From Tubiluchus corallicola (taxonomy: Eukaryota; Animalia; Priapulida), in assembly GCA_030141605.1 (NCBI GenBank), contig JAQGDQ010000561.1, forward strand, positions 76,048 through 140,047: 64,000 bases of DNA. The letters run 5' to 3'. The notes beneath the pieces were generated by a model. The model worked only from the letters and a program-made list of their open reading frames with translations, did no database searches and had not been told where the DNA came from. Below, piece by piece: positions 12,154 through 26,310 of this stretch. A program made the translations under genes and the position numbers. Position 1 is the first letter of the stretch, and each line of letters opens with the position of its first letter.

Positions 12154-12499
12154 GTAATTGTTTTTATTGGTTTTTTATTCACCCCCCCCCCCCGGTTGTA
12201 ATGAAGACTGTACAATGAGTGTCTGTTTTCACTTTATAGCATTATAAGAGCTTACATTTTCTTATCTATAGTCATAATTGTTCAAATGCAATAGCAAAAA
12301 CTGACTTTGGCTCCTTAAAGCAAGACTGCATTCAATGTTAAACTGTAGGTCAAAACAATCTAATCTTTAAAATATTGAAAGGAAACATACTACTTTTTCA
12401 AAAATGATTTACGTGAAAGAATTATTACAACACAAACGCAATTTCAAGTTTGCGCCTCTAGTTCTTCGCTGTTACGTGCATTTCGCCATTCGATAGATG

Positions 12500-12920
12500 G
12501 CGCCTGCATTTCGAAAACGTGTTACACAAAAAACAGGTGCTGTACCTCTGAGTTCAGATGTGCTAGTTTGTGACAAACTACACACGTTCGACAATTCATG
12601 CGTGAGCACAGCAGTAAATTTGAAATTTCAATTTTTATCTTAAAACTTACCGATTTTAGTACAACACACTGTATATCTTACAGTAGCACTGTACTTCAAT
12701 TTTCTCTTTCGCAAACACGTGCAACACACGCTCGTGGAATGTCTTTGCTGTTGAAAATTATGTTAATTTCTGATGTCATCAATAGTTGGGCTCGCCCGCC
12801 GTTAATTAAGTTTTTAATCTATAATTATCAGAAATGCTATTGCAGTATTAATTGCATTAAAAGTATACTTTTTATCGTACTTGAAAATGGGGTAGTATAT
12901 GAAAAATCATCCTGTCTTAC
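12500..12920. repeat. Dispersed repeat shared with ~55110-55720
   Basis: Shared AAAAACAGGTGCTGTACCTCT.AGTTCAGATGTG...GAAAATGGGG block. Confidence 0.7.
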
Positions 12921-13075
12921 TTTAATAATTTTTTTATTAAATTGGTTGCTTATTAAATAATTGTCATTAAAATATTCCTATTGTCAGCTAAGAGGCAATA
13001 GTCATCCCATAACATCGTATGCATTATAATGAGAAATCTGTGTAAAAATCGGCCCCTCATTCGAGTGCCAGCGAC

Positions 13076-13515
13076 CAGGGCCGGAGCTAGATGTGGCAAG
13101 CAGGGGGGGGGGCGCAAAAATTTTCTGGGTGGGGGGCGAGGTATCCGAAGTGGTTAAATAATGGTTAAGCCAGTTTTTAACCCCTTTTATACTGCATGCA
13201 GGCCTACAATTAGCGTGTGTGTAGGACGGCGTAGCGGACAGAGCAATAATGAGAAAATTAACTCTCAGTTAACCTAACGTCATTAATCTGCCTCTAACTA
13301 AATTATTATTTACAGAAATTTATCACACACAAGTTTTAAGAAAATAATACACTGAAGCTACCAAACATTTTTTTACCTAATTCTAATTCATATTGAAAAT
13401 GATCACATGCGAACTGCAATTTTCACTGCAAAAAAATTATTTGTCCGATTTTGCAGGGGGGGCACAAATTTTGACAGGTAATCCGCCCCCCTCGCTCCCC
13501 CTAGTTCCGCCCCTG
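13076..13515. mobile_element. hAT-like MITE family C
   Basis: TIR CAGGGCCGGAGCTAG / CTAGTTCCGCCCCTG; TSD ccagcgac/ccagtgac. Confidence 0.85.
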
Positions 13516-13926
13516 CCAGTGACGCAAATTGGTTCACATTAGGATGCATTAGCGATGCGATCTGTGTCTAAATTTCCCTACCGTAACTGCAAACAAGCGA
13601 CTGATGCGACGGCGGGAAGAGTTCAATCAATTCGGACTATTTTAGCAATACTTATTACTTACTTTGGTAATTTTTTTTCACCAACCGACTATGGCTTCTC
13701 TGACTTTGATGTTCTTGCGTTACATGTTGTCGTGTTGACAAAAGGTACAACAGTAGAATATACTTTAAACGTTTATTGATACAGAAGTTTCCTCAGAAAT
13801 GCAGGTAAAAATGATGTCCGCATATAATGTCTTGTAAAAGCCAACTGGTAGTACAGAATATAGCAAAACTAGAGCAACCGTTCACTATTAGGTTAAACCC
13901 ATTTTTAGAATAGGTAACAGATAGAT

Positions 13927-14236
13927 CAGTGGTTTCCAAACTTTCTCGGACCGTTACCCAAATCGGGAAACCCGGTCGTGTCCATTACCCCCCCACCTAG
14001 TACTACTTCTCCAACTCAAAAAGTAAACACACGTATATGCCACAAGCAAGCAAAATTATTTATGTTTGCTCGTGACATAAATAAATTTCCAGGTGTTGTT
14101 GTTGTAGGCAGTCTCTTCAAGAAGAAAACTACGTAAAATGCATTCCGAGCGAAGTTTTAAAAATTTTCAGAGGGGTGCCCGTTACCCCCCAAAAAAACCA
14201 TATTACCCCCGGGGTCCCCTACTTTGGGAACCACTG
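13927..14236. mobile_element. hAT (Charlie-like) MITE family D
   Basis: TIR CAGTGGTTTCCAAA / TTTGGGAACCACTG; perfect 8-bp TSD agatagat. Confidence 0.88.
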
Positions 14237-16441
14237 AGATAGATAGAAGCCATATGTACTACAGTAATAGCGGTTTTACAGGTTATTGGTCTAATTGCAA
14301 ATTAAATGTATTTTTTTTATGATTATCGGTCGTTCACAACGACACATTTCATGCTCGTTCACCTTAGGTGCGCCACTGCGTGTCACATTTTTAACGTAAA
14401 CAAATAAATTATTTGACTGGGAGTTTTTTACATTTAATGGAGTGCCATTATCAAGTTTGACATCGACGTTGCATTTTGCTGGCTTCTTGGTTTCACTTAA
14501 TAAACCACCGACAAACACGTTGTGTCGCGTGTTGTTTGCCGAGGTTCTGTTTGCAGCGCTTCAGCTTTAGTGCGGGGTTTAGGGACTAATTTTTCACCGA
14601 GAAAAGTAAAACAGCATAAAGTTCCGATGTAACAAAGTTCTGTGTCTGTTTAGTGTAACAAATAGACAACTAAGCGCCGCAGTAATTGCAAGCTCAAGCC
14701 AGAATCAAGCGTTCCAAGCCAAGCCTAGTAAATGTGGATGTTTGTGGCAGGACCCTCACTTAGCATTTATCAAAAATAAACCTTGAGCACTGAACTAGCA
14801 GAAGTACCTCACCCACATTCAGATGTTGATGCATTCTTCCCTTATGAGGTAAATAAACCAGCAAAGAATCAGTGTGGTGACTGAAACACCCCTGAAGCGA
14901 GTATAGAAAATGGTCACCCATCCAGCCACTTGGCCGTCGAGCTCAACTATTGCTTTTTTGTCATTTGAATACTAATAAACAATGTTCCAATAATAGTAGT
15001 TCTGCAACATTCAGAAAAAATTTCGAGTGTCCTTGGTGATGTATAGCTAGTTAACTGAACACGTTCTCATGTTGTGCTTATGAACACCATAGTAAACGTG
15101 TTTGTTCGTGTTGATGTGTTTTCTTTATTGGGTTTATTTATAAACTACACATAAGTTTATTTATTTCCACACTGCATCTTACAGTTATAATAAAAATACA
15201 GATAATTTCACTGAAGTAAATATAAATATAAATGCAGTATTATCCAAAAATTACAAAATGCAGCATATACATGTGCAAATGACATTACAGAATAATTTTG
15301 ATGCATACAGTTTGAGCTTAAAAGCATAGCTTGACAGGCCAAACTGTACGTGGAAATCTTAAAGAAGTGATTAATAATTGAAACAATATATACATAAAAG
15401 TGGGGGGGGGTAGTGAATGAAAGATGAAATGCAGCTAGAACTAAGAAAAACTGTGATCATGATTATAAAGTGTTCAGTAACATGTGTAAAACATCTATTG
15501 GTATTCAACAGCTAGTCGAGTACCAGTCATTGAAAAGCTTTAGCTAAAAAATCAATAAAGGTTTTCGTGCACGTGTTTTGCTTTGTCATACTATGATGTT
15601 ATATCCACACATGTAAATGTCGTGATGCTAAAGTTGTCGCTGGGGTGTTTTGGGGAGAGCCAACGTCCGACATTTACAGGTTTATCAGACGGTTTTTGTA
15701 GTTGCGATGTGCGTGTTAAACAGATGAAATCAGTGGATGAAAACACGCTTTAACTTTGCAATCTGTATTTTACTCAAAATCATAGTCTCATAGTCAATCC
15801 ACATATATACGAAAATGGTAAACATAATCAACAGTAGTAAACAAAAGTTAAAGTAAATCCACCAGCCAATATATCATGGCAACTGAGTCAAAACTTTATT
15901 ATAACCACACAACTGTTTAAGCCTATTGCCTGTCCTCTAATCTTGTTACCAAGTGTGAAAAACTGCTACATTCACAGAGAAGCCAAGTGACCCAGTTCCA
16001 TACAAACATATAGCAGTAGCAAGTACATACATATATTGGAAACTTCCAAGTGTACAAACAGATGTCAGCACTGACTTAGTGGTAATGAAAAACTAAAGTT
16101 TAAAACTACAAATCAAAATTAATAATAAACTGTAAATTTAATGCTCGCATCTGCGACAGTAAATGACATATTAAATTTGGTTGGCCAGCTATGGATATGC
16201 AATTCAGTAGCCCAGTCATAATGATGAACTTTGTACTGCCTTGACCACTGCGAGATACAGGCCCAAGTTGTCTGCTTTAAGCAGACGGTCGCCGGTTCAA
16301 ATCCAGGTTTTATCCCCATTTTTTCTCAATTCCTATTTTCCAACTGTGATATCAGAATTTAACTAGTTTAGGATTTGATCCATCTCCCTCCACATGTAGT
16401 CATTCTACTTATTTTATAACAATCCTTTTGTCTGTTTACAG

Positions 16442-16473
16442 ATGGAGCGGAACGTGGAAGCGGATTATTTTGA
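16442..16473 (+). CDS. SAMD4: Smaug/SAMD4 terminal coding exon
   Basis: TTTACAG acceptor, phase 1 gives (D)GAERGSGLF*, similar to the DG.DR.S.. end of SAMD4. Confidence 0.72.
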
Positions 16474-17294
16474 AGAAAATCTGTCATTCTGTTTACTCTA
16501 AAAGTATTCACACTGCATAATTTAGCACTGTTTTTTTTCTGTACAGTTTTGTGCCTTTTACAGATGAAAATACCCGTATATTAGCCAAGCGATGTTGCTC
16601 GGCACTTGTTTCAAAGCCTCCGGCAGGCCATGTGTTGTGAAATTTTTATGATTCGCAGTATTTGCGGGCACAATGTTTAACATTATCAAGTGTTTGTTAA
16701 GATGAATTCATTTTATGTGAATTAGTCTAGTCTAGCTTTCGCTATTATAATGTTGTGTGCTGAAGATTATGGTGCACCGCGCATTGTTGACAATTATAAA
16801 CAATACTAATAATTATCATTAGCTTAGTTTGTGCTGAGCTTTTAAAGCTGTGCATAGCGCTTTGCTATCTATGATTTTTGCACTGTGCAAAGAGACGTTT
16901 TCATTAATATAATTGGATTAGTTATCGAACTTCTGTTGTCGTTATTGTGTGTGTGTGCGTTTACGGAGCAGATTTAAAAGTGATTTGCACTGCAATCTGC
17001 CTTTCCTATCTAATGAAGTTGCAGTTGAATTGGTATGTTTAACATATCGGCAACTGTGTGTTAGCAGTGCGACAGTTTTAATTACACAACTGCTATTAAA
17101 ACATGAAAACTAGACAGTTGCGCACATTAGTAGCAGTTGTAGTCAAATATGTCGTCTCATTTGTCTCTAAGATGTTGATAATTGTTGTACATTTGTTACG
17201 AGAGTTGGTTAAATCGATCGTGTTTCTGCAGCTTATTATAAAACATGGCTACCTCTCTTCCTATTTTACTTTATGTACAGCTTAGCAGGTCAGA

Positions 17295-17490
17295 CAGCTT
17301 GGCCTGAGATGACCTACTGTCCAGCTTGGTCTGAGATAGACTTACTGTCCAGCTTGGCTCGAGATAGACCTACTGTCCAGCTTGGCCCGAGATAGACCTA
17401 CTGTCCAGCTTGGCCCGAGATAGACCTACTGTCCAGCTTGGCCTGAGATAGACCTATTGTCCTGCTTGGCCCGAGATAGACCTACTGTCC
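17295..17490. repeat. 28-bp tandem repeat, ~7 copies, in Smaug 3'UTR
   Basis: Unit CAGCTTGGCCCGAGATAGACCTACTGTC. Confidence 0.92.
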
Positions 17491-17542
17491 AAATAAAACG
17501 TTGCAAGAATGGCAAGTTTGAGTTACATGGCCAGTGGCAATT

Positions 17543-17990
17543 AAGCCTTTTCACAGTTCCAGCGATTCGCGATGAAAAGGTCAAAGGTTGACCAGACAAC
17601 GCATTTGTGTACACCTGACAACGCCTTGCAGCCCATGCTACTGTAATAGTAACAGTTTTAACAGCTAGCTGGAACTTTGCCTAGTTCACTTTTTCTTGTT
17701 TCCAAGCAAGATCCTGCTAGTAAATCAATCACTCTATGCACATACTAATGCATAATTAAGTAAAGTCCACGTAAAACAACTGAAGTTACTGAACTGATGC
17801 TGCAGACAGTTTTGCTTTACCCACGTTACGCGACGGTTAAAACAACTGAAGTTACTGAACTGATGCTGCAGACAGTTTTGCTTTACCCACATGTCATGTG
17901 ACGGTTGTAGTTAAGACGCGTTGCTGTGGTACACTTAACCTTTGACTTACAGCAAGTCTGCATGTGCGCAACGAAACTATGAATAGGCTT
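17543..17990 (+). mobile_element. MITE family E (AAGCCTTTTCACAG termini), in Smaug 3'UTR
   Basis: Homologous to 32813-33175 and to 39289-39656 (reverse); short internal duplication at ~17775-17890. Confidence 0.72.
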
Positions 17991-20062
17991 ATTGCATCGC
18001 AAATGTAAATTCCGTGTAGACACCGCGGAAAGCAGTGGTTAGTTTAGCGGCCCGTTTATCCGTGACTGTTTTGCCCGGACTCGCCAACTACACATCCGGT
18101 CACTGTCGTGAAAAACTGAAAAAAATAATCAGCAAATTTGATGCAATTAGGACAATCGAGAAAGTTTCCTCTATCGATTTTCTAGAGAAAGCTGACCGTT
18201 CTCTATTTCTGTTTTGTATTTAGTGAACAACCTCGTTTTCTGATACTGGTCAATGCCATTAATCTGTTGCCATTAATGCATGCAAATAATTTGTTGTTTG
18301 TCAAAAGTGACACCTGACAAAAGTTACACGTTATTACCGGTTCATCCTGACAGCCTATTTCCCCTAGCAGCCGTTTTTTTTGCTAATGTTACGATCAGAT
18401 GAGAGTTTAGTAAGATGCTTAGTGCTAAAATCTCTTGTACATTTTCAATTGCAAAATTTTCAATCCATTAGTCCTGTTCCGTGAGATCGATTACTTCAAA
18501 TATGCGGGAAATTCTAGCAGATTCCCTGCAGGTTTCGTTAGAATTAGGAAAATTTTACTTTCATGTTACCCGGATAAAAAGATTAATGGCTTTTAGAAGC
18601 AGATGTTCATGAGCCACATGGATTTAGTTGCATTTCAACAAATGCTGTTTTACGTTATGTTAGCCTGCTCACACTGAAATCTATTTTTATGCTAGACTGT
18701 TTGATCATACAGGTGTACTAGTTACGTGAACGCATTTAGTTTTTTCTACTTATTTCTTTGCTGATATTTTCACCACGAAACCTTAATGTTGAGAATTAGT
18801 TTACAGAACTTGTGAATGTCAGGTAACCTGTCCCGACTTTAACTTGATAAACCATAAGAAGTGCCGATTTGTTGTAACGTACTGGCACCCGTTGGATTGT
18901 TAATTAATACAAAACTAAAAATTGCATTGCTGATTGCTCAAATTAATATTTATGTTGATAACATTGTAATAACAGTCAAGTTAAAACTTGAATCTGCAAA
19001 TGTGGCCCAAGTAATCTTCCTCGAGACGGTGTAGCCGAATACAGCAGAAGTGTTTAAATTACTCACCAGTAGATATCCCCACTGGGAAGTCGGCTAACCA
19101 ATAATAAGTTGGCTTACCCAATGGCAGACAGTACGGCAATGCAGCCACAAACAGGTTTTATTAAATTTTCAGCATGGCGATATAGCACGGCTGGTTGTGA
19201 AAATGTTCACATTTAAAGGAAAGGTCAAGCCTTCTGGAAAGTCAGGCTTATCTGTATGTTTGCAAAAAAATGTTAGAAGAATTTAGTAATAAAACTGCAA
19301 AAAGTGCCTCGTGTAATTAGTAAAATCACTTTAAAGTCAAAATCAATTCATGCTTGGACGCTCCCATTTTTAAAAGCCCATTCTTCCAATGACATCACTT
19401 GTTCTAAAGAAAAGTAGTGCACTGTCAATCTTTCTCAGAAGTATAATAAATTTTTAGAAAAAAATTAGATAGCCGATTTTGTAACATTAGATAAACTGCA
19501 GAAGTTTGAATTAGTTAAGCATTGCACTCGTGAAGTCCCTGGTTACATCATAATTTCAAACGAATGGCGGCAAAAGATATTTTAGATTTATGCTTTATAG
19601 AAAATTTCTTGCAAATTTCTTTGTTAGAATTCTTCTAAGTTTAAGTGATAACAGTAAAATAAACACAACTTGCTAAATAACTTGTTCTTTCCTTTAAAGA
19701 TGCAATAATATTAGCTAATATTCTGTTGGATCATGTTTGTTGTCCATAGAAACTATTTGTTTACATTTATGGAAAGGCTTACTTCCCAGTAGAGACATCT
19801 AGCGAAAGCTTTTATCAGTTTTTCGTTGCTTTTTGAAAAGGGCAAAGAACAGTTGTTGTTGTACATAATTTAGTATTTTCTCGTAGTTCAGACAAACTTA
19901 CATTACCGTTTGTAGTGTTGTCAATGAGTTTATGGTATGTGTGTGTCAATGCGTGTCTTGTCTTGAACTAAATCTACTATATCACAGTATTACTGTGCGT
20001 CATGCATTTATAGACTTGTGTTAATTACTGTATGTGCTAGTTTTTGACATTGAACAGCCAAA

Positions 20063-20110
20063 AATAAACTGGTTAATAGAAACTGAAAGTATTTTCATTC
20101 GTTTTTTTCT
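20063..20110 (+). terminator. Candidate Smaug polyadenylation signal (implies ~3.6 kb 3'UTR)
   Basis: AATAAA at 20063 followed by a T-rich downstream element; lies upstream of the convergent RPL36 3' end; other sites not excluded. Confidence 0.4.
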
Positions 20111-20736
20111 CAATTAACAAAACCCAAAGAACAGTCGATCACGTTACAGAATAATTCAGAATTGACTTAGGTACAAGTCTAGTTAACGTTAGGTAATACT
20201 TGAATGAGCGTACAATGCCATGCACTTCTGAGATACAAAGAAAAAGCTGACAAGCAAAAGGCGAACTTTGCACATAATATACAATGGTAGCAAGAAAAAA
20301 TAAGAAAATCTATTGTACTCTTCACAGTTGGTTATCTTTTTGACATGTTTAATGTCCATTTCTCTAAAGGTGAACCACCTTGCCTCAGTAAAGGAAAATC
20401 GAAAGATACCGCATATAACAAAAACTGAATGCATCACCTAAATGTCAGTTGTCACCAAACAACTGTGAATATCAGTAAGTCAGCATGTGTGCTTTCCAAA
20501 CATCATATCCACCTTAGATTTTGCTTCAACGAAACTTCATGCCACCCAAATATTTGAGCCAAACATGTAAATAAAATAGTCAAAACTGCATCTGATGTCA
20601 TCGCGATTCACATAATCTCGGCAACTGCTAGAGCACAACTAAATCAAGACTGAATTGAAATGTTTGTGAAATACTTTCTTGGGCTTTAAGTTATCCTGGT
20701 CCACTGCATGAAAGGTCTATGGAACTTTAAATGTCT

Positions 20737-21063
20737 TTAATCTTTCTTATGACTGTGAGCAGCAGCTTTGCGCATTTGTGTCAACACCATCGTCATTTCT
20801 TCCCTTTTCTTCTTCCCACGAATATGTGTACCAACTCGTTTTTTCAGAAATTTCAATGCCCTCTTGTCTTTCGAAACTTTCAGAAGTTCCATAGCTCTTC
20901 GTTCATATGGAGCAAAGCCAGCAATTTCGCGCACTATGTCACGAATAAATTTCGTATGTTTCGTCAACGCACCTTTTCTCCTGGATGGTCTTGGCTTTGT
21001 CACGTTCTTTGTTGTTTTGTAGCCTTTGTCAAGGCCAACAGCCATATCATATCTCCCACCCAT
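20737..21063 (-). CDS. RPL36: 60S ribosomal protein L36 (eL36), intronless CDS
   Basis: 108-aa [16 protein letters not shown]...[52 protein letters not shown], the eL36 signature. Confidence 0.97.
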   Translation of the reverse strand: MGGRYDMAVGLDKGYKTTKNVTKPRPSRRKGALTKHTKFIRDIVREIAGFAPYERRAMELLKVSKDKRALKFLKKRVGTHIRGKKKREEMTMVLTQMRKAAAHSHKKD

Positions 21064-23608
21064 TGCTCTTGTGGCAATTTATTCAAAACCCACAAAAATT
21101 TCACACGCACTATGGCGAAAATGTAGGAATAAAAAGACTGTACAGCATAAAAGGCGCAATAAAGTATTCCTTAGTTTCCCGCAAATAGCACTGTGGCTAC
21201 AACTCAACAGTCACAGATTACGCTTTTATTATGAGTATTTTACTGATTTACTGCAGTGCTTAATGCTGCAAGCAGCAAGTATGCTTCAAAAATGAACAGT
21301 GTCAGCTCGCCGAATGGAAATATTTTTCACACTAGGAATTAGTATAACATTGGTCAAGTTACATATTTTAATACATCATTATTATTGGATTCAGAAACAG
21401 CAGATGCTTCTCACGTCTTTGAAACGGATTAGTGTAGATTTTTATATATTTTTATCTCCAGACTTTGAAATCTAAATTTAAGTCTAAGTTTATTTATTTC
21501 AAATCCTTCATTTTGTAGTATTTATACTAACTTGGCCTTTTGAATTTTTGCAAATTGTTTTTGTCATAATACCTGAATGGCGTTTGTAAACTTGAATTGA
21601 ATTAAATCTTAGCACAACATAAAAACATTACAATCAATGACACTAAAAACGGTTATAACAGACAAAAATACAGACAAGGCAGTGCTGAACTATTGAATTA
21701 CATGTCATTCAATAATCACAACACACTAATCATGCCTCATTATCAAGCTAAGCAATCTAAGTAAGGTGTTGATGAATTGGCGATGTATCACAGCCACATT
21801 CTGTTATAATGCCGCTCTATGAGGTAAATCAATTACGCCATATAAAAGCGCCACAGCAACTATGACACTTGAAAATGCTCTGCCATCCATTCACTGACTA
21901 ACGTCTATGTTGCTTAACTGTGGTTGAAAGTGTATTCATATGACACTGACTATGCACCCTGCCTTCATTACCGCATTCATGTTTATTATTTTGGACATTT
22001 TTAAGCACTAAAATGGTAATTATTGCAACTTGAAATATCAGCATGTAACATAATCTGACTCTTTTTATAATTTTTAAATTATTATCTGTTTCTTTAGCAA
22101 TGTTTTCTAAATTAAAGGACTAATACAAATTTTCACTTGGCCGAAAAATTAGCAATATCATCTCTGAAATGATCAAGATTATTTCTGAAAGAACCAAATT
22201 TATCTCTGAAACGAGCAAAATTATTTCTGAAACGAGCAAGATTATTGTAGAAATGACCAAGACTACCTCTGAAACGAAATTATAGTATTTTGGAATTGAT
22301 AAATACATGTACTTATGAAGTATCAACTGAATTCCATAAGTGCTATTAAAGCTTTTAAACTTGCACACTATAGTATACTTCCCAATAATGTTTCAATGTA
22401 AAAATGGCTTTTGTAAAAAAATTTTGACATACTGTGCACAGAATTTCCTAAATTTGCACTTTATCGAGCTTTTATTTCATAAAATTTGAAATTTTTATTG
22501 CAAAATTGAAATCTCCAGTTAGTGAAAAAAACTTTTGTTTTGTGGAACAATATAACCTAATCATCTTATACAAAGTCAAATTGTTGAGAAATGTGACAAG
22601 TATCAATATTTATGTTTGAGATTTCAAATTGTTTGTATCATTTACGTTACAACGGTGTAAATTTAAAAATTATGATGTGGATGCAGCCAAGTTTGTTACA
22701 ACATTAAACCTAAAGTCTTTCAATAACTATGAATCAACTATGAATCAATTATGAATCAATAGACATGTAAAATTCAACAAACTCACTGTGTGTTAATCAA
22801 GCTATTTGTGATTTATTACAATACAAATATTTGCTTGCATACCAAAACCGACCATAAGCCGGCATTTGTTAAAGCATGTTATGATTCTTCACAGTAGAAT
22901 GTCCCAAGAATTCGGTCAAATGTCAATTTTTTGTATTTCATAAAAACTGACATCAAATACATTGGACTAGTATATATTATATTACGTTCTAGTATCAGAT
23001 TATCAAGAAAGTGTTCAAAAAATACTAAAAATTTAATTTTATAACTCCTTACCCACTTTTTTGTCTAGAAACTGGTACAGCTATTGTAAAAACTCCTATT
23101 TTCAAACTCTGCTAGCAGCTTCTGGAAGCAGTCATTTTGCTTCGGGTTTTTTTCTGCTGACAAGCCCAAATCTTCGTCAGGAAGAGCCATCTAGTGGATT
23201 TAGACATAACTTTAATGTGTTCTTGCAAAGTCCATAGCAACCAACATTTGTGGGGTTGCTATGTGTTTAGAAGAAACGCGACAAAAAACAAAACCAGACT
23301 TTAACAGTGATTTTCTCAATACCATGTTGTTCAGTGTGCAGCCTGCACCTCAACTTCAATGCGGATTATCTCTGGTTAGAAATAACATAGAGTGATGAGC
23401 TTGGTATCAAAATGATTCTCAATGAAATGGAGATTCAGGATATATGAATAACTAGGAAAGTTTAACTGCTAACTTATGTACGATTTTGCTATTCAAGCAC
23501 TGAAATGCTGATAATTTAAGTACAAAATAAAAAACAATGATTGAAAACAATGTTTAAGCTCTAGCAAAGTAACTGTTCATGCAGAGAAGGCAGACTTAGT
23601 TCTGCTAG

Positions 23609-24211
23609 TCATCGTACAGCAGCAGCACTGTTTCTTTTCACAAAAAGCTGAATGTCAAATAAGTTGCACTTATGAGATTTTACTGGAAGAAGATTTGGTT
23701 CGCTCATGGCAGTTTCAGTTTGTTCACATTGTACCCACGGAAAGGCACCATTTTCAAGCGACACTAATCCTGGCAGCGACGTGTGAATCTGAATTACGAA
23801 AGCACATCCGTCTGGGAGAGGAGAAAAATTTGAATCGATCGTCGTTAACTTTAATAAGAATTCGCGAAAAGCTTGCTCCAGCTCCAGCAGAAACTTGTCG
23901 TCTTCAAAGCTGGCATCTACATGCAGTGCCAACTCAAACACGTACTTTTCCACAACTACTTCCGCTTCATCAAGAATCGTCACGGCCAAACTGTCAATCT
24001 GTCTGTTCTTGAGAAGCTCTCTTGTATCTTCTAGGCAGCCTCTAATGTATTCGTTGAGTTCAGGATGCATAGACATTGGCACCGGCACGCCATACTTTTT
24101 CCGTTTATCAAACACACCCGCCGGATATATATCTCTCGTGTACAGAATGCAATGTATAGCAACTTCGAGAAATTCACACAAAACATCAGATGGTACGGAT
24201 TCGTTTTGCAT
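23609..24211 (-). CDS. MAD2L2: MAD2L2/REV7 HORMA-domain protein, intronless CDS
   Basis: 200-aa ORF with DVLCEFLEVAIHCILYTRDIYPAGVF.KRKKY.VPV.MS.HPELN.YI, EKYVFE and FPW motifs typical of REV7; splice acceptor (TTTTTTCAG) 23 nt upstream of the ATG. Confidence 0.96.
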   Translation of the reverse strand: MQNESVPSDVLCEFLEVAIHCILYTRDIYPAGVFDKRKKYGVPVPMSMHPELNEYIRGCLEDTRELLKNRQIDSLAVTILDEAEVVVEKYVFELALHVDASFEDDKFLLELEQAFREFLLKLTTIDSNFSPLPDGCAFVIQIHTSLPGLVSLENGAFPWVQCEQTETAMSEPNLLPVKSHKCNLFDIQLFVKRNSAAAVR

Positions 24212-24654
24212 TGCTTTGAATATTAAGCATAAGCCTGAAAAAAGAAACCAGAATCAGAAAGTACAGGAATTTTTATTCGCATGTAGAATTTTTCACATGT
24301 ACGCAAATGGGTCTAATATTACTTACACAATTAAAACAACTGCAACTAGCGTCAGTTTTTGTCAAACAGCAGGTCACAATACTGAAATTTTGCAGATTGG
24401 ATTCTGCAGCAGACAAATCAACAGTCTTCCTCCTGGTGCGTTGAGACATAGAGACTTCTCTCGCAACTTGTTGCACAAATTCTCTCTGAGAGTAAAGTTG
24501 CAAAGTGGGAACGGTTTGGCAACTTGTTGTGCAACTTCTCTCTGAGAGTAAAGTCGCACGTGTGAACGGTTTGGCGAGAGAAGCCTCTACATCTGAATGC
24601 GTCATTAGACTAATATTAGCATGCTGTATGCATTCCTGGGAAATGACGATCAAT

Positions 24655-25153
24655 TACCACAGTTAAGCAACATGGAGCCTGGTTAGTACTTGGATGGGTG
24701 ACCGCCTAGGAATACCAGGTGCTGTAGGCTTGCGGGATGCCCACAATGTATCTCAACACTAGGCAGAGGAGCTGCACAAGCAGCCAACGGCTAGAGGGCG
24801 GAGGAGATCCAGTGACCAAACGGCCATGTGTAGAGGAGTAAACCTTCCAAATCAGGAGTGGAGCCCCGAAGGCGGACTAGCGCAGCAGGCTCACTGACTC
24901 CAGTGGCCAACCTGGTGCCAAACGTATCACTCCGCTTTCCTTTGGACTACACCAGGTAGGAAGAGAGTGGGTTCCTGTTGTCTGGGCAACTCAGGATCTC
25001 CATACACCTTGCCCAGGCGTGCACCCTGGAGACGTTCAAGGATCGCACCGCTCCGTCACAGTCGACGCTGCAGCACCATCGGTGTGATCAATAACTGACT
25101 GTCTTGGCGCACACTCCATTGTCTTCCGAGACAGAAGGATGCCAAAAACAACA
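24655..25153 (+). mobile_element. 5S rRNA-headed SINE (SINE3-like), 5'-truncated copy
   Basis: 3' two-thirds of a 5S rRNA (AGTTAAGC...GGTTAGTACTTGGATGGGTGACCGCCT.GGAATACC.GGTGCTGTAGGCTT) fused to a ~410-bp body shared with 51749-52278. Confidence 0.88.
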
Positions 25154-26310
25154 TTTAAGGAAATCATTCAATGTTGTTTTGAAGGTAGAATTCTTGTCTA
25201 TTCTATACAGAAATGTCAATCGCTGGTGGTTAATATTAAATAAGCCGTAGTTGAAACAATCAGCAGCACTTGCCTGCTGCCCACCAAGCAGCTGTGTCTG
25301 ATCTTAGCAACAGCTGAAAGCGACACGCCAATAAAATTGATCATGCTATATACGCTTACAAAACCAACTAAATTCTCTACGTAACCTTGCAAAAATTTTT
25401 TATTAAGTGTTTCCAAAGAAAAAGTAAATTAAAACCCAATCCCTAGTTTACGGTTTTTAGTAGCGATGCTTTCACGGGAATTCAAAAGCTGGGTAAGGTT
25501 ACAGTTTAAACAACTCTTATTTGTAGGTATTGTGGTACTGCAGCACCCCCTATTCTCACTCATTATTATTGATAATATTCAACGTAATAAGTCTTTTTTC
25601 TGTAGTTCTTTCTTTATACTTGTGCGGAACCGGCACATGTGAGGACAATTTCATTACAATTTCATTCACAGCCCAAGCCACATGGTGTTCGGCTGTTGTG
25701 CGCATGCGGCCATGTGCACATGTATGAGTCAACACACTGTACACTAGCGTCTGCCGCTAGGTAGAAAGGTAGTGTCTCAAACACAGTAACAATTGCCACG
25801 AGCTTACGGTGTACCATAATATTCTTGAACGTGATAAAGAGTAAACTTAGCGTGTGTGCTTAAAACATAAATTATTTAATAAATATGCATATCTATATAC
25901 ATCAGTAGCTGACGCACTCTCAGCTTTTTTGTTTGCTTATTCTGATCTCACAACAGTTTTTAAAAACAACAGACTGTCTCTCTGGATCCTTTCAACTTTG
26001 GTTAAACCAGTGTTTTTGTACAATTGTACAATGTCAAAAGGAAATTGACGCTTTTCAAAAACGACTCTAGTAAGTAGTATAGAAAATTACTAGGAATTAA
26101 AATTAATGGCCTGACAGAATATCCAATGATGATCTGTATGATGTGGTCAAGAAGAATCCTTGGGCGCTATTACACTTTCGCTTTTCCTGGCCTATTGGTT
26201 GTTTTCACGTCTGCAGGCCAGAAAGCAGACCAACAGGCGTAATATACGCCATATTCCCATAATATTATGGGTTCTTAGGCTTTATAATTCCAGATTAAAA
26301 TCATACATTA

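Noticed and set aside
23695-24545. Plus-strand ORFs of 105 and 216 aa
   Set aside because: Antisense shadows of the REV7 CDS with no recognisable motifs
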